Numbered from the stretch's first letter, positions 45,486 to 59,180 are shown. The stretch is 64,000 nucleotides of DNA from the human T2T-CHM13v2.0 reference genome, Homo sapiens (GCF_009914755.1 NC_060930.1), one strand, 5' to 3'. Notes: generated by a model not told the origin, from the letters alone. Program-made: numbers and translations.

Positions 45486-45790
45486 TTTTTTTTTTTTTTT
45501 TTTTTGAGACAGGGTCTCACTCTGTCACATAGGTTGCAGTGCATTGGTGCAATTATAGCTCGCTGCAGCCTCAACCTCCCAGGTTCGAGCAGCCCTCCCG
45601 CCTCAGCCTCCTGAGTAGCTGGGACCCCAGGCACATGCCACCATGCCCAGCTAATTTTTTACTAATTTTTTGAAGAAAAGGGGTCTCACCATGTTGCCCA
45701 GGCTGGTCTCAAACTCCTAGGTTCAAGCAATCTGTCTGCCTTGGCCTCCCAAAGTGCTGGGATTACAGGCGTGAGCCACTGTGCCCATCC
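45486..45790 (-). mobile_element. AluJ-like
   Basis: T20 tail plus antisense dimer; CATTACCAAACC / CATTCCTAAACC flanks. Confidence 0.92.
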
Positions 45791-46848
45791 CATTCCTAAA
45801 CCTTTTTATGTCAGTTGTATTTGTAATTATAATGGCATGGTTTAATTTTATATTATTGCATAAACTGATGACATATGGTACAGAAAGAAAGATGGATGGT
45901 TTACGAAAATAGAATGCTTTAGAAAAGCTTGATAAATGCAAAATACTAAATATACTAAAATACTAAAAATACTTCAAAATCAGGGGTGAACACACAACTA
46001 TGTGGGGGAAAAATCTTAAATATTTAGGACTCTGTTCTCAGATAGCTCCCACAAAAGTTGAGTTTATGCACCACTAAAAAAAAAGTTAATTTTAAAAAAC
46101 ATTAAAATTAAGGAAAATAAATGATGCATTATGAGTGAGATTTATGCAAAAAAGATAAGGCAGAACCCCAATTGCAGAACACATTCTTCATCAAGAATAT
46201 TACATTTATGTGCTTTAGGCTAAAATAAAATATGCAGCATATAAGTCTCTTTGTGATTATCTGCATTAGTCAAATTTCTGACTAAGCAACCAAGTAGCCA
46301 TCATAAAAGTTTCAATTAAGAAGACTTCTCTGTGTATTCTCATGCATTAATATATAATATCAGAAAATTATCTCACCAACAGAGAATAACAAGGCTGTCT
46401 CATAAGAACATTTATTTTACATTGATTCAACTGCTTTATGGTTCTACTAATTCCCTTGCAGCACATTTGCTATGCAGAGTAAAAGTCTGATGTATTGTGA
46501 TTCACTTTTAACACTGTATATATTAGAAGAGAATTAAATGCTTTGACTCAGGAAGTATCAAAAATATATTAGTACAAAAAGAACCCATTAACCGACCACA
46601 CTTTAGTTCTTTCTGTCATCCCAAACCCACCCAATCCCTGTCATCCCCACCTACCTAGCCCATATGTAGTCATGAAGCATCCTCATGGTTCACCCGAGAT
46701 GAACAGAGTCACTGGGTTTAATTCCAGCACCATCACCCATGGGACTCAACCCTTGCACCCTAATGCCATATGCACATATAGAACTGGCAGAGAATTACAC
46801 AACAAAGGGGGCGGGATGTGATGGAAGTATCTTCAAAGGAGCAACTAC

Positions 46849-46943
46849 ATTATTTATTTAATGTTGGATTCCCAGTCTAAAGATAGTGTAAAGGGATTAT
46901 TTATTTAATGTTGGATTCCCAGCCTAAAGACAGTGTAAAGGGA
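46849..46943 (+). repeat. Tandem duplication, 2 x 47 bp
   Basis: attatttatttaatgttggattcccag(t/c)ctaaaga(t/c)agtgtaaaggg twice, 2 mismatches. Confidence 0.96.
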
Positions 46944-49194
46944 GTGTGTTATTTATTTGTTTTTCTTTATAACAGTAATCCATTTTTTCCAAAATCAGCT
47001 CTGGCTCTTTAACTTCATTTGGCCCATATTACTGTGTTAACTGTATACTGTTAAGTGATAATAGCCACCTGCCCTTCTGCCTGGGAGTCACTGACGTACG
47101 CAGTTTGTAAGCATCTGCAATACAGAGATGATGAGATACAATCGAATAAGTCATCTTCCCATGCCATGCCATCAGGATGCTGCTGGGTTCTTGAAGATCT
47201 GTGAGAAATGTTTCTAGAAAACGAACTGACTGCCTCATCACCCAATTCAATTGTGAAGTCTAGATGTGATTTCCTCCAAGCCCCTAAAGATCGCATATGC
47301 AGCCTCTCCAGGTTCTCTGAAACATGCTGCTATTCCAGAATCTCCCCACTTATTCTGAAGAACGGGTGCCCTTGGGTTCTTGTGTGGGCCTGCCCTTTCT
47401 CCGACCCTGAACCTAAATGAAACTAATCATTACTGGGTTCTACCAGTGAAAAGATTCATAACATTTTTGGAAGGCAGAAAGAGGTTTATTATTTAGCACA
47501 AGCATGGGAGAATAAGAACCAAGAGGGCTCCTGCTACTCAGTTCATGTACAAAGGATCAACTGATAAACATTAGCAGGGCCTCCCAAGTGCTAGGAAAAG
47601 AAAAGAAATATAATGTAGTTGTACAGTTCCAAGGAGACTCACTGGTACTTCAAGGGCAGCTTGACCTGAAAGTCCAGAAAAATCAATGAATATCTATGCA
47701 GCGCTCATCTAAGGATGGTTTATCAAATGCAGCTGGTCCTTGACTTAAAATGTCAAAGCCAGATCAAGCAGATGGGTCAGGGTGAATACCTGGAAAAAAT
47801 TAACATCTTTTTATTGTAAGCACATCTTAAAGACTTCATAATTTTATGTCTGGTGCTATCTTTCTGTTCACATCATGAAGCCCAGGTGTCCTCTTTGCCA
47901 CCACAGAAGGGAAATGATGCATGCACGCTCCAGGCAAAAAACGAGGGAAACCCACACCAACTCCCTCTCTGGCATAGAGGGGGACAAAACTGCCACCCTG
48001 TTGCCAGATCCTTCCCAAGCCTAAGCTGCCAACAAAAGGCCCCTTTGCTTTAACCAGGAAACATCCCTAGCTCATTTGAAATCAGAGGGGAGAAAGTTAT
48101 TGAGGCTGGGGGTTCAGTTGCTGGCTGTTCAGGTCCCTTGCATTCAGTGAAATGTGATCATCCCGGAAGCCTGAACCGGAGTGTAGGGAGAAAGTGGGCA
48201 GGGTCTTTGCTCACCCCCAGAGGAACTCCAGAGTGCTGTTCTCAGATTTCACAACCTTCTATTCTCCCCCGCAAACCACCCCTGTAAGAGAAAGGGGCAA
48301 CCCTAAATTCAGAATGAAAGAAAGCAGGCACTCTTTTCTACTCAGGATGAAACACTGAGCACATTGTCACTTGGCTGTGTCCCATTCTTCAGAGTTAGAG
48401 TCAGTGGTTTAAAACCCACTCTGTGAGCACTGGGCCGAGCAAATGTATTATTGGAATGAAAAGCAAAGGAAACCACGAAATGTAACATTTTTGCTGTGAC
48501 CAAACCATGAAAGTTCTTCTTCAGTCTATTATTATTAATAAACCGATGTAAAAGGATTAAGCTATTTTTCAGAAAAAGTATAGTAGATTAATATCTGTCC
48601 CACATATATAAAGATTAAGAATAAAATTGACCTGGAAATTTTTTTTCTGCATTCTCAAGGAATTCTTTTGAGAATTCCATATTAATACTGCTGATGACAT
48701 TAGATTAATTTGGCTCCTGTAAAGTTCTACTACATATTCCCTCTCTCTGACATTGAATGAGTTCTTCCAACCAGCAGACCTCTTATTAACCTGTCCTTGA
48801 CCCCTTCTCAGACCTTCACAGCCCAAGCCTCTTTGCCTATTCCAAGCCTCTGACTCCCCACACATGATCCCACCTTCTCCTTGTCTATAATTGAAAGGAC
48901 AGACATAAGCATTCCTAATCCTTCCCTCCACTCACACTGAGGCCACATCATACCCCCACTGTGGAAGCGCTGTCCTTTCACACTGCCTGGGCTAACCCCT
49001 CCAACTGTGCCCTTAACCGAATTCCTTCTTGGGTACTTTACCCCATCAGGAAGCCGCCACCCCTTCCCTCTTCAGTCTCACCCTCTCTACAAACATGCAG
49101 AAGTACATCCTGGAAAGCCTCCCTTCAAGTCAGAGATTCCTGGGAGTTCTTGCCCTCTACATCTCACTTCAGTTGTTGCCAATGTTCTTCAAAG

Positions 49195-50430
49195 TATTAT
49201 TCATTTATTTACTAAATATTTAGTGAGTTTCTCTCACTTTGTGGCAAGCATTATGCTAGATGTTGGGGAAATAAAGAGCAAGCTGAGGTTCCACTTTCTA
49301 GTTAAGGAAATAAGAATCCCTACCCAAAGAAAAATACAACAGACTATCACTCACGTTAATGTTATTACGAAACAAGGAGCTGTAATATAGAGTAATCAGA
49401 GTCTCTACTGAAGATAGGTAGGAAAGGCCTCTCCAATGAGGGAGTATTTTGGATAAGACCTGAAGGATGAAAAGGAGCCCTGGGAAGAGTGAGGAAAATG
49501 GCAATTCCAGCTGAGGGAACAGCTTGTGCAAAGGCCCTGAGGCAGAAAGATCCTGGCTTGTTTGAAGAGCCAAAAGGCCACTGTCATTAAAGTGCAGTGA
49601 GCAAGGGTAAAATCAAAATGATCTTAGGTAGGTGGAGATGGCTTAATTAGTAGCTTAGAATTTATTTTGAATTCAACAGCTAGCCATTGAAGGATTTTTT
49701 AGATGGAAATAAGAAAATGATACCCCTTGCAGGTATATGAAGAAGGAACTAGAGGAAAGCAAAAGCAAAAGCAGAGAGAGCAATTAAGAGGCTACTATAG
49801 CAGCCTGGTCTACCATGGTGGCAGCAAAGACAGAGAAAAGGGGGTGAATTTGCAAAAACCTAAGGAGATCGAATCAACAGGACTTGCTGATAGATTCCGT
49901 GGGGGGAGTGAGGGAAATGAATAGTTAGGATGATTCTGAGGCTTCTGACATGAGCAAGTGGATAGATTGGTGGAGCTCTTGGTTAAGACAGGAAGGAATA
50001 TATTTGGTAGAAATAAGAGTTCTGTTTTAGACACATTAAGTTAAATGACTGTGACATCTAAATGGAACTGTCAACTGCAGATATGTGAATTGGGAACTCA
50101 GAAAAGTGGTCTGGCCTAGAGATATAAATTTGGAGTGTTTAGCATAAAAGTGGCATTTAAATCTATGAGAACATTTAAGATCACCTGGAAAGAGAGAAAA
50201 AAGAGGGGATAGAAAAGAAAGGAAAGTCTAAGAAGAATACAATTTTTAAAAGAAGAAAAAGACTTAGAACAAAACCTTAAAAATCCAGTGTCCAAAGGTT
50301 GAAAAGGGTAAGAGGAGCCACAGAAAAAGAGCCACCAAGGAATACAAAGAGAAAACCATGGAAGTGAAGAGAAGAGTGCTTCTAGAAAGAGGTGGTCAGC
50401 TGAGCTGAATGCTTCTGAAAGGTCTGGCAT
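49195..50430 (-). mobile_element. L2
   Basis: ttcatttatttactaaatattta...gtgcaaaggccctgaggcag...gagttctgttttagacacattaag...agatataaatttggagt. Confidence 0.82.
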
Positions 50431-50601
50431 CATAGAATTTGTCTCCCTCTTTATCAAACCTGCTTCTGAATTGTTCCCCCTCTTTCAAAGCCCAGGTAAG
50501 GTGGCATGACCAGAGCAACCACTTTCTCAGTGATTGCCAGTGACCACCTATCTCCACCATATTCAGTCTCTTTTTCTCAATGCTCATTGTCCTTGTTTTC
50601 T

Positions 50602-50916
50602 TTTTCTCTCTCTCTCTCTTTTTTTTTTTTTTTTTCCAGATGGAGTTTCACTCTGTTGCCCAGGCTGGAGTGCAATGGTGTGATCTTGGCTCACTGCAAC
50701 CTCCACATCCTAGATTCAATCAATTCCCCTGCCTCACCTTCCTGAGTAGCTGGGATTACAGGCATGCACCACCACACCTGGCTAGTTTTGTATTTTTAGT
50801 GGAGATGGAGTTTCACCATGTTGGCCAGGCTGGTCTCAAACTCCTGGCCTCAGGTGATCCACCTGCCTCGGCCTCCCAAAGTGCTGAGATTACAGGCATA
50901 AGCCACCGTGCCCAGA
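50602..50916 (-). mobile_element. AluS with (CT)n/T tail
   Basis: 19-bp TSD CTCA(T/C)TGTCCTTGTTTTCT 50583-50601 / 50917-50935. Confidence 0.93.
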
Positions 50917-50939
50917 CTCACTGTCCTTGTTTTCTATTA

Positions 50940-51670
50940 GGCTGTGACATCAGAGATTACCTGGTCTTTGTGAAACTCTCCATTCTCTATTGAGTTTCCA
51001 TTTATATAACCCTTTCCCGATTGTTCTACTTTTGAAAAACTTGAAAAACATGACATCCAAAGACATTCTTCTCTGACTTTCCTTTCCCTTCCATTCCTTA
51101 AATGTCTGTGTTTTTTGAGGTGTCCCTGGACCCTTTCTGTGTACCTTTTGTAATCTCAGTTATGCACATAGCTTTAACATCACCCTGTTACTGATTCTAA
51201 AACCCAAATCTCACGCCAAACCAAATTTCTCTCTCAGGACTCAAGCTCTCATTCTCAGTTTCCTGCTAGACATTTCTGCATTAGTCATACTGACATTTGA
51301 AAAACCATTATTTGCAAAACTAAACTCTTCACCTTTACTCCAAAACCTTCTCTTTTTCATTATAATGCTTTTATTTATGGTGCAACCATCTTCCCACTTA
51401 AAATTTTCAAGTCACTGTTAACTTAGTCTTTCCTTTTACCTCAATCAATAAATTTATTTCTATTGAACTTCCTAAACATTTCCCTTTACTCTCCACTCTC
51501 ATAGTGTCTTAACTGGTCTCTGCACCTCTCATTTCTTCCTATTTCAATCTCTCCTGTACATTTGCTGCCATAATTTCAGCTTCTAAAAGCACTACTCTGA
51601 TCACATTATGTACTTTGCTTACAAAAACCTTCCGTCAGTATTTCTGGGCTGCAAAACAAGAGAGCAGAAT
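50940..51670 (+). mobile_element. Old L2 fragment
   Basis: cctgctagacatttct, aaactaaactcttc, ttaactggtctc, ctctgatcacattatg motifs. Confidence 0.55.
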
Positions 51671-52011
51671 CCTATCCCACCCATAGGGCTTTCATTCCTT
51701 TATTCAGTAAATATATATTGAGTGACTACTGTATGCCAATCACTGTGCAAGGTGCTTGGATTCAGCAGTAAGATAAAGTCCCAACCCACATACAATTTAC
51801 TTTCTAGTTGGGAAGGCAAACAATAAACAATTTAATCAATATACAATATCATTTCAGGTATTGATACATTCTATGAATAAAGATGAACAGAATAAGGATT
51901 TAGGAAACAGTTGGTAGGGAAGTAGCTTTTTTTGTTGTTGTTGATTTTCGTGGGGTTTTGTTTTGTCTTTATGAGAAAATGACTGTTATTATTATACAGT
52001 GTCCCCCAGCG

Positions 52012-55000
52012 ATTATTTTTCTGTAAATTATTGGGGAACAGGTGGTTTTTGGTTACATAAGTAAGTTCTTTCATGGTGAGTTGTGAGATTTTGGTGCACC
52101 CATCACCCAAGCAGTATACACTGCACCCTATTTGTAGTCTTTTATCCCTCTCCTCCTTCCCATCCTTTCACCTTGAGTCTCCAAAGTTCATTGTGACATT
52201 CTTATGCCTTTGCATCCTCAGAGTTTAGCTCCCACCTATGAGTGAGCACATAGGATGTTTGGTTTTCCATTCCTGAGTTACTTCACTTAGAACAATAGTC
52301 TCCAATCTCATCTAGGTGGCTGCAAATGCCATTAATTCATTCCTCTTTATGGCTGAGTAGTATTCCATCATGTATATATATATATACCACAGTTTCTTTA
52401 TCCACTCATTGATTGATGGGCATTTGGGTTGGTTCCACATTTTTGCGATTGTGAATTGCGCTGCTATAAACATGCATGTGCAAGTGTCTTCTTCATATAA
52501 TGACTTCTTTTCCTCTGGGTAGATAACCAGTAGTGAGATTGCTGGATCAAATGGTTCTACTTTTAGTTCTTTAAGGAATCTCCACACTATTTTCTATAGT
52601 GGTTGTGCTAGTTTACATTCCAACCAGCAGTGTAGATGTGTTCCCTGTTCACCGCATCTCCACCAACATCTACTATTTTTCCACTTTTTTATTATGGCCA
52701 TTTTTGCAGGACTAAGGTGTATCACATTGTGGTTTTCATTTGCATTTCCCTGATCATTAGCGATGTTGAGCATTTTTTCATGTGTCTTGGCCATTCATAT
52801 ATCATCTTTTGAGAATTGTCTATTCATGTCCTTAGCCCACTTTTTGATGGGATTGTTTGTTTTTTTCATGTTGATTTGTTTGAGTTCATTGTAGATTCTA
52901 GATATTCATCCTTTGTCAAATGTATAGATTATAACGATTTTCTCCCACTCTGTGAGTTGTCTGTTTACTCTGCTGACTGTTTCTTTTGCCGTGCAAAAGC
53001 TCTTTAGTTTAATTAAGTACCAGCAATTTATCTTTGTTTTTATTGCATTCACTTTTGGGTTCTTGGTCTTGAAATCCTTGCCTAACTCAATGTATAGAAG
53101 GGTTTCTCCAATGTTATCTTCTAGAGTGTTTATAGTTTCAGGCTCTATATTTAAGTCCTTAATCCACCTTCAGTTGATTCTTGTATGTGGTGAGAAATGA
53201 GGATCCAGTTTAATTCTCCTACATATGGCTAGCCAATTATCCCAGCACCATTTGTTGAAAAGGGTGTCCTTCGCTTCTCAAAAGAAGACATTTATACAGC
53301 CAACAAAATTATGAAAAAATGCTCATCATCACTGGTCATCAAAGAAATGCAAGTCAAAACCACAATGAGATACCATCTCAAGCCAGTTAGAATGGCGATC
53401 ATTAAAGAGTCAGGAAACAACAGATGCTGGAGAGGATGTGGAGAAATAGGAACACTTTTACACTGTTGGTGGGAGTATAAATTAGTTCAACCATTGTGCA
53501 AGACAGTGTGGCAACTCCTCAAGGATCTAGAACTAGACATACCATTTGACCCAGCAATCCCATTACTGGGTATATACCCAAAGTATTATAAATCATTCTA
53601 CTATAAAGACAAATGCACTTGTATGTTTATTGCAGCACTTTTCACAGTAGTAAAGTCTTGGAACCAACCCAAATGCCCATCAATGGTAGACTGGATAAAG
53701 AAAATGTGGCACATATACACCAAGGAATACTATACAGCCATAAAAAAGGATGAGTTCATGTCCTTTGCAGGGACATGGATGAAACTGGAAACCATCATTC
53801 TCAGCAAAGTAACTCAAGAAGAGAAAACCAAACACCACATGTTTTCACTCATAAGTGGGAGCTGAACAATGAGAACACATGGACACAGGGAGGGGAACAT
53901 CACACACCAGGGCCTGTCAGGGGTTAGGGGGCTGGGGGAGGGATAGCATTAGGAGAAATACCTAATGTAAATGATGAGCTGATGGGTGCAACAAACCAAT
54001 ATTGCACATGTATACCTATGTAACAAACCTGCACTTTGTGCACATGTACCCCAGAACTTAAAGTATAATAAAAAAGATAAAATTCAGCCTTAAAAAAAAG
54101 AAAAAGAAAAAGAAAAGGGTGTCCTTTCCCCATTTTATGTTTTTGTTTGCTTTGTCCAAGATCAGTTGACTGTAAGTACCTTGGTTTGTTTCTGGATTCT
54201 CTATTCTGTTCCATTGGTCTATGTGCATATTTTTATACCAGTACCATGCTGTCTTGGTGACTATGGCCTTGTAGTTTGAAATCAGGTAATGTGATGCCTC
54301 CAGGTTTGGTTGGGTTTTTTTGTTTTTGTTGTTGTTGTTGTTTGGTTGGTTGGGTTTTTTGTTGTTTTGTTTATTTGTTTGTTTGTTTTGGCTTAGTCCT
54401 TCTTTGGCTATGTGGGCTCTTTCCTGGTTCCATGTGAATTTTATCATTGTTTTTTCTAATTCTGTGAAGAATGATGGTGGTATTTTGATGGAAATTGCAT
54501 TGAATTTGTAGATTGCTTTTGGAAGTATGGTCATTTTTACAATATTGATTCTACCTATCCGTGAGCATTGGATATGTTTCCATTTGTTTGTGTCATCTAT
54601 GATTTCTTTCAGCAGTGTTTTGTAGTTTTCCATGTAGAGGTCTTTCACTTCCTTGGTTAGGTATATTCCTAAGTTTTGTGGATTTTTTTTTTGTTTGGTT
54701 TTTTTTTGTTTCGTTTTGTTTTGTTTTTTTGTTTTTGTAGCTATTGTAAAGGGGATTGAGTTCTTGATTTGATTCTCAGCTTGGTCGCTGTTGGTGTATA
54801 GAAGAGATACTGATTTGTGTATGTGAATTTTGTATCCAGAAAGTTTGCTGAATTCTTTTGCAAGTTCTAGGAGCTTTCTGGAGGAGTCTTTAGGGTTTTC
54901 TAGGTAAACATTCATATCATCAGCAAACAGCAACAGTTTGACTTCCTCTTTAATGAGTTGGATGCCCTTTATTTCTTCCTCTTGTCTGATTGCTCTGGCA

Positions 55001-58000
55001 AGGACTTCCAGTATTATGATGAAGAGGAGTGATAAGAGTGGGCATCCTTATCTTGTTCCAGTTCTCAGAGGGAATGCTTTCAACTTTTCCCCATTCAGTA
55101 TTATGTTGGCTGTGGGTTTGTCATAGGTGACTTTTATTACTTTTATTACATTGTTATATTATGACATTTTATTGTCATAGATGTCCTTTGTGTACCAGTT
55201 TTGTTGAGAGTTTTAACGATAAAGGAATGCTAGATTTTGTTGAATGCTTTTTCTGCGTCTATTGAGATGATCATGTGATTTTGGTTTTTAATTCTGTTTA
55301 TGTGGTGTATCACATTTATTGACTTGCATATGTTAAACTATCCCTGCATCCCTGGTATGAAACCCATTTGATCATGGTGTATTATCTTTTTGATATGCTG
55401 TTAGATTCGGTTAGCTAGTATTTTGTTAACAATTTTAGCATCTATGTTCATCAGGGATATTGGTCTGTAGTTTTCTTTTTTGATTATGTCCTTTCCTGGT
55501 TTTGGTATTAGGGTGATACTGGCTTCATAGAATGAATTGGGGAGGGTTCCTTCTTTATCTTGTGGAATAGTGTCAATAGGACTGGTATCAATTCTTCTTT
55601 GAATGTCTAGTAGAATTCTGCTGTGAATCCATCTGGTCCTGGACTTTTTTTGTTGGTAATTTTTTAACTACCATTTCAATCTCATTGCTTGTTATTGGTC
55701 ATTCAGGCTATCTAATTCTTCCTGATTTAAAGTAGGAGGGTTGTATTTTTCCAGAAATTTATCCATCTCTTCTAGATTTTCCAGTTTATGTGCATAATGG
55801 TGTTCATAGTAGCCTTGAATGATCTTTTGTATTTCTGTGGTGTCAGTTGTAATATCTCCCATTTCATTTCTTCTTGAGCTAATTTGCATTTTCTCTCTTC
55901 TTTTTATGGTTAATCTTGCTAACGGTCTATCAATTTTATTCATTTTTAAAGAACCAGCTTTTTGTTTCATTTATCTTTTGTATTTTGTTTGTTTGTTTCA
56001 AATTCATTTGGTTCTGCTCTGATCGTGGTTATTTCCTTTCTTCTGCTGGGTCTGGGTTTGGTTTGTTCTTGCTTCTCTAGTTCCTTGAGGTGTGACCTTA
56101 GATTGTCTGTTTGTGCTCTTTCAGACTTTTTGATGTAGGCATTTATGGCTATAAACTTTCTTCTTAGCATCGCCTTTGCTGTGTCCCAGAGATCTTGATA
56201 TGTTGTGTCATTGTTGCCATTCAATTCAAAGAATTTTTTAATTTCCATCTTGATTTCATTTTTGGCCCAATGATCATTCAAGAGCAGGTTATTTAATTTC
56301 CATATATTTGCATGGCTTTGAAAGTTCATTTTGGAGTTGATTTTCAGTTTTATTCCACTGTGGTCTGAGAGAGTGCTTGATATAATTTCAATTTTCTTAA
56401 ATTTATTGAGGCTCATTTTGTGGCCTGTCGTATGGTCTACCTTGGAGAAAGTTCCATGCACTGAATAGAATGTATATTCTATGGTTGTTGGATGGAATGT
56501 TCTGTATATATCTGTTAAGTCTATTTGTTCCAAGGTATAGTTTAAATCCATTGTTTCATTGTTGACCTTCAGTCTTGATTATCTGTCCAGTGCTGTCAGT
56601 GGAGTATTGAAGTCTCCCACTATTATTATGTTGCCACCTGTCTCATTTCTAAGGTCTGTTAGTAATTGTTTTATAAATTTGATAGTTCCAGTGTTCAGTG
56701 CATATACGTTTAGGATTGTGATGTTTTCCTGTTGGACTAGGCCTTTTATCATTATATAATGCCCTCTTTGTCTTTTTAAAATGCTGTTGCTTTAAAGTTT
56801 GTTTGTCTAAGAATAGGTACTCCCGTTTGCTTTTGGTGTCCATATTCCAAAAATGTCTTTTTCCACACCTTTACCTTAAGTTTGTGAGACTCCTTATGTG
56901 TTAGGCGAGTCTCTTGAAGTCAGCAGGTAGTTGGTTGGTGAATTCTTATCAATTCTGCAATTCTATATCTTTTAAGTGGAGCATTTAAGCCATTTACATT
57001 CAACGTTAGTATTGAGATGTGAGGTACCATTCCATTCATTATGCTATTTGTTGCCTGTATACCTTGGTTTTTTGTTTTTTGTTTTTGTTTTTTAAATTGT
57101 ATTTTTGTTTTATAGGTCCTGTGAGATTTATGCTTTAAAGAGGTTCTGTTTTGATGTGTTTCCAGGATTTGTTTCAAGATTTAGAGCTCCTTTTAGCAGT
57201 TCTTGTAGTGGTGGCTTGGTAGTGGTGAATTCTCTCAGAATTTGTCTGTCTGAAAAAGACTGTATCTTTCCTTCATATATGAAGCATAGTTTTGTTGGAT
57301 ACAAAATTCTTGGCTGGTAATTCTTTTGCTTGAGGAGGCTGAAGACAAGGCCCCAATACCTTCTAGCTTATAGGGTTTCTGCTGAGAAATCTGCTGTTAA
57401 TCTAATAGGTTTTTATTTATAGGTTACCAGGTACTTTTGTCTCACTGCTCCTAAAATTCTTTCCTTTGTCTTAACTTTAGATTACCTGATGACAATGTGC
57501 CTAGGTGATGATCTTTTTGCAATGAATTTCCCAGGTGTTCTTTGTGCTTCTTGTATTTGGATGTCTAGGTCTCTAGCAATACTGGGGAAGTTTTCCTCTG
57601 TTATTCCCTGAAATATGTTTTCCAAACTTTTAGATTTCTCTTCTTCCTCAAGAACACTGATTATTATTAGCTTTGGTCATCTAACATAATCCCAGACTTC
57701 TTGGAGGCTGTGTTCGTATTTTCTTATTCTTTTTTCTTTGTCTTTATGGAGTGGGTTAACTGAAAGACCTTGTCTTAGAGCTCTGAACTTCTTTCTTCTA
57801 CTTGTTCAATTCTATTGCTGAGACTTTCCAGAGCATTTTGCATTTCTATAAGGGTGTCCAAAGTTTACTGAAGTTTTGACTGTTTTTTATTTATGCTATC
57901 TATTTCCTTGAATATTTCTCCCTTCACTTCTTGTATCATTTTTTGGATTTCCTTAAATCGGGCTTCACATATCTCTGGTGCTCCCTGATTAGCTTAATAA

Positions 58001-58480
58001 TTAACCTCCTCAATTCTTTTTCAGGCAAATCAGGGATTTCTTCTTGGTTTGGGTCCATTGCTGGGGAGCTAGTGTGATTTTTTGGGAGTTGTAAAGAACT
58101 TTGTTTTGTCATATTAACAGAATCGGTTTCTGGTTCCTTCTTATTTGGGTAGGCTCTGTCAGAGGGAAGGTCTAGGGCTGAAGGCTGTTGTTCAGATTCT
58201 TTTGTACCACAGGGTGTTCCCTTGGTGTAGTACTCTCCCCCTGTTCCTATGGATGTGACTTCCTGAGAGCTGAGCTGTAGTGATTGTTATCTATCTTGTG
58301 GATCTAGCCACCCAACAAGTCTTCCAGACTCCGGGCTGGCACTGGGGATTGTCTACAGAGTCCTGTGATGTGAACCATCTGTGGGTTTCTCAGCCGTGGA
58401 TGCTAGCACAGTATTTAGGGTGTCTCCTAGGTCCTTCAGGAGCAATCTGCTTCCTGCAGGGGGTCTGTGGGTCCTCTCTA
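52012..58480 (-). mobile_element. Near full-length antisense L1 (L1PB-like) with decayed ORF1/ORF2
   Basis: Minus-strand ORFs 55967-56551 (EN end), 54058-54933 (LFADDM RT motif), 52312-52587 (C-terminus); L1PB-type 3' UTR ggtgcacccatcacccaagcagtatacactg. Confidence 0.92.
53272..54111 (+). mobile_element. 5'-truncated L1PA (PA7/8-like) nested in opposite orientation
   Basis: 184-aa ORF2 C-terminus 53311-53865, 3' UTR, A tail; perfect 15-bp TSD GAAAAGGGTGTCCTT 53257-53271 / 54112-54126. Confidence 0.94.
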
Positions 58481-58583
58481 TTTTCGTTTTAAAGGCAGAC
58501 TTTGTAATAGGACACACTAGTGGGCAATTTATAGTTGTATACTCATAAGCAAACTGTTTAAATTATCTGAATCCAAGTTTCCT

Positions 58584-58810
58584 CATATGATCACAAGATG
58601 AGGTCCCACAACAGGTCGTCTGCAAGCTGAGGAGCAAGGAAGCCACTCTGAGTCCCAAAACCCCAAAAGTAGGGAAGCCGACAGTGCAGCTTTCAGTCTG
58701 TGGTCAAAGATCCAAGAGTCCCAAAATTGAAGAACTTAGAGTCCAGTGTTCAAGGACAGGAGGCATCCCGGATGGGAGAAAGATGTAGGCTGGGAGACTA
58801 AGCCAGTCTT
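58584..58810 (-). mobile_element. MLT2A (ERVL) LTR fragment
   Basis: tctgcaagctgaggagcaaggaagcc...aaaagtagggaagccgacagtgcagc...gggagaaagatgtaggctgggagactaagccagtct. Confidence 0.82.
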
Positions 58811-59180
58811 GGGAAGTGGCTTAAATTAGGTGATCTGGGATGGTTTTCTGTGGAGCTGACATTTCAGCAGGTACCTGAATGCAAACCTGGAAGTAACAGA
58901 AATTCAGAAAGAGAAAAGCAAGGGCAAAGGTCCTTAGGCAAAAAAAAAAAAAAAAAAAGAGCTTGGTGTGCTGATGAATAGGAAGGCAGGAGGGGCAGAA
59001 GCAGAATGAGAGAGAGCATGGTAGAAGACCATATCTGAGAAGTTAGCTGAGGTCAATCATGAAGAACCCTGCAGGCCATGGAGGAGCTGGGACTTTGTTC
59101 TAAGAGATGTGGGGAACGCCTGGAGCAGTCTGATCATAGGAGAGGCATGATATTCAAAGACATTCCCTGGCCTAGCTTTA
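58811..59180 (-). mobile_element. L2 fragment, probably continuing the L2 at ~51690-51900
   Basis: gagctgacatttcagcag...gcaaaggtccttaggc...gcaggccatggaggag. Confidence 0.6.

Noticed and set aside
53311-53865. Intact 184-aa ORF2 C-terminus as a domesticated gene
   Set aside because: Expected by chance in a moderately young L1PA fragment; no promoter or splice evidence
54058-54933. 291-aa ORF, the longest in the window
   Set aside because: Decayed L1 ORF2 passing through A-rich microsatellite expansions and ending in the nested L1 tail
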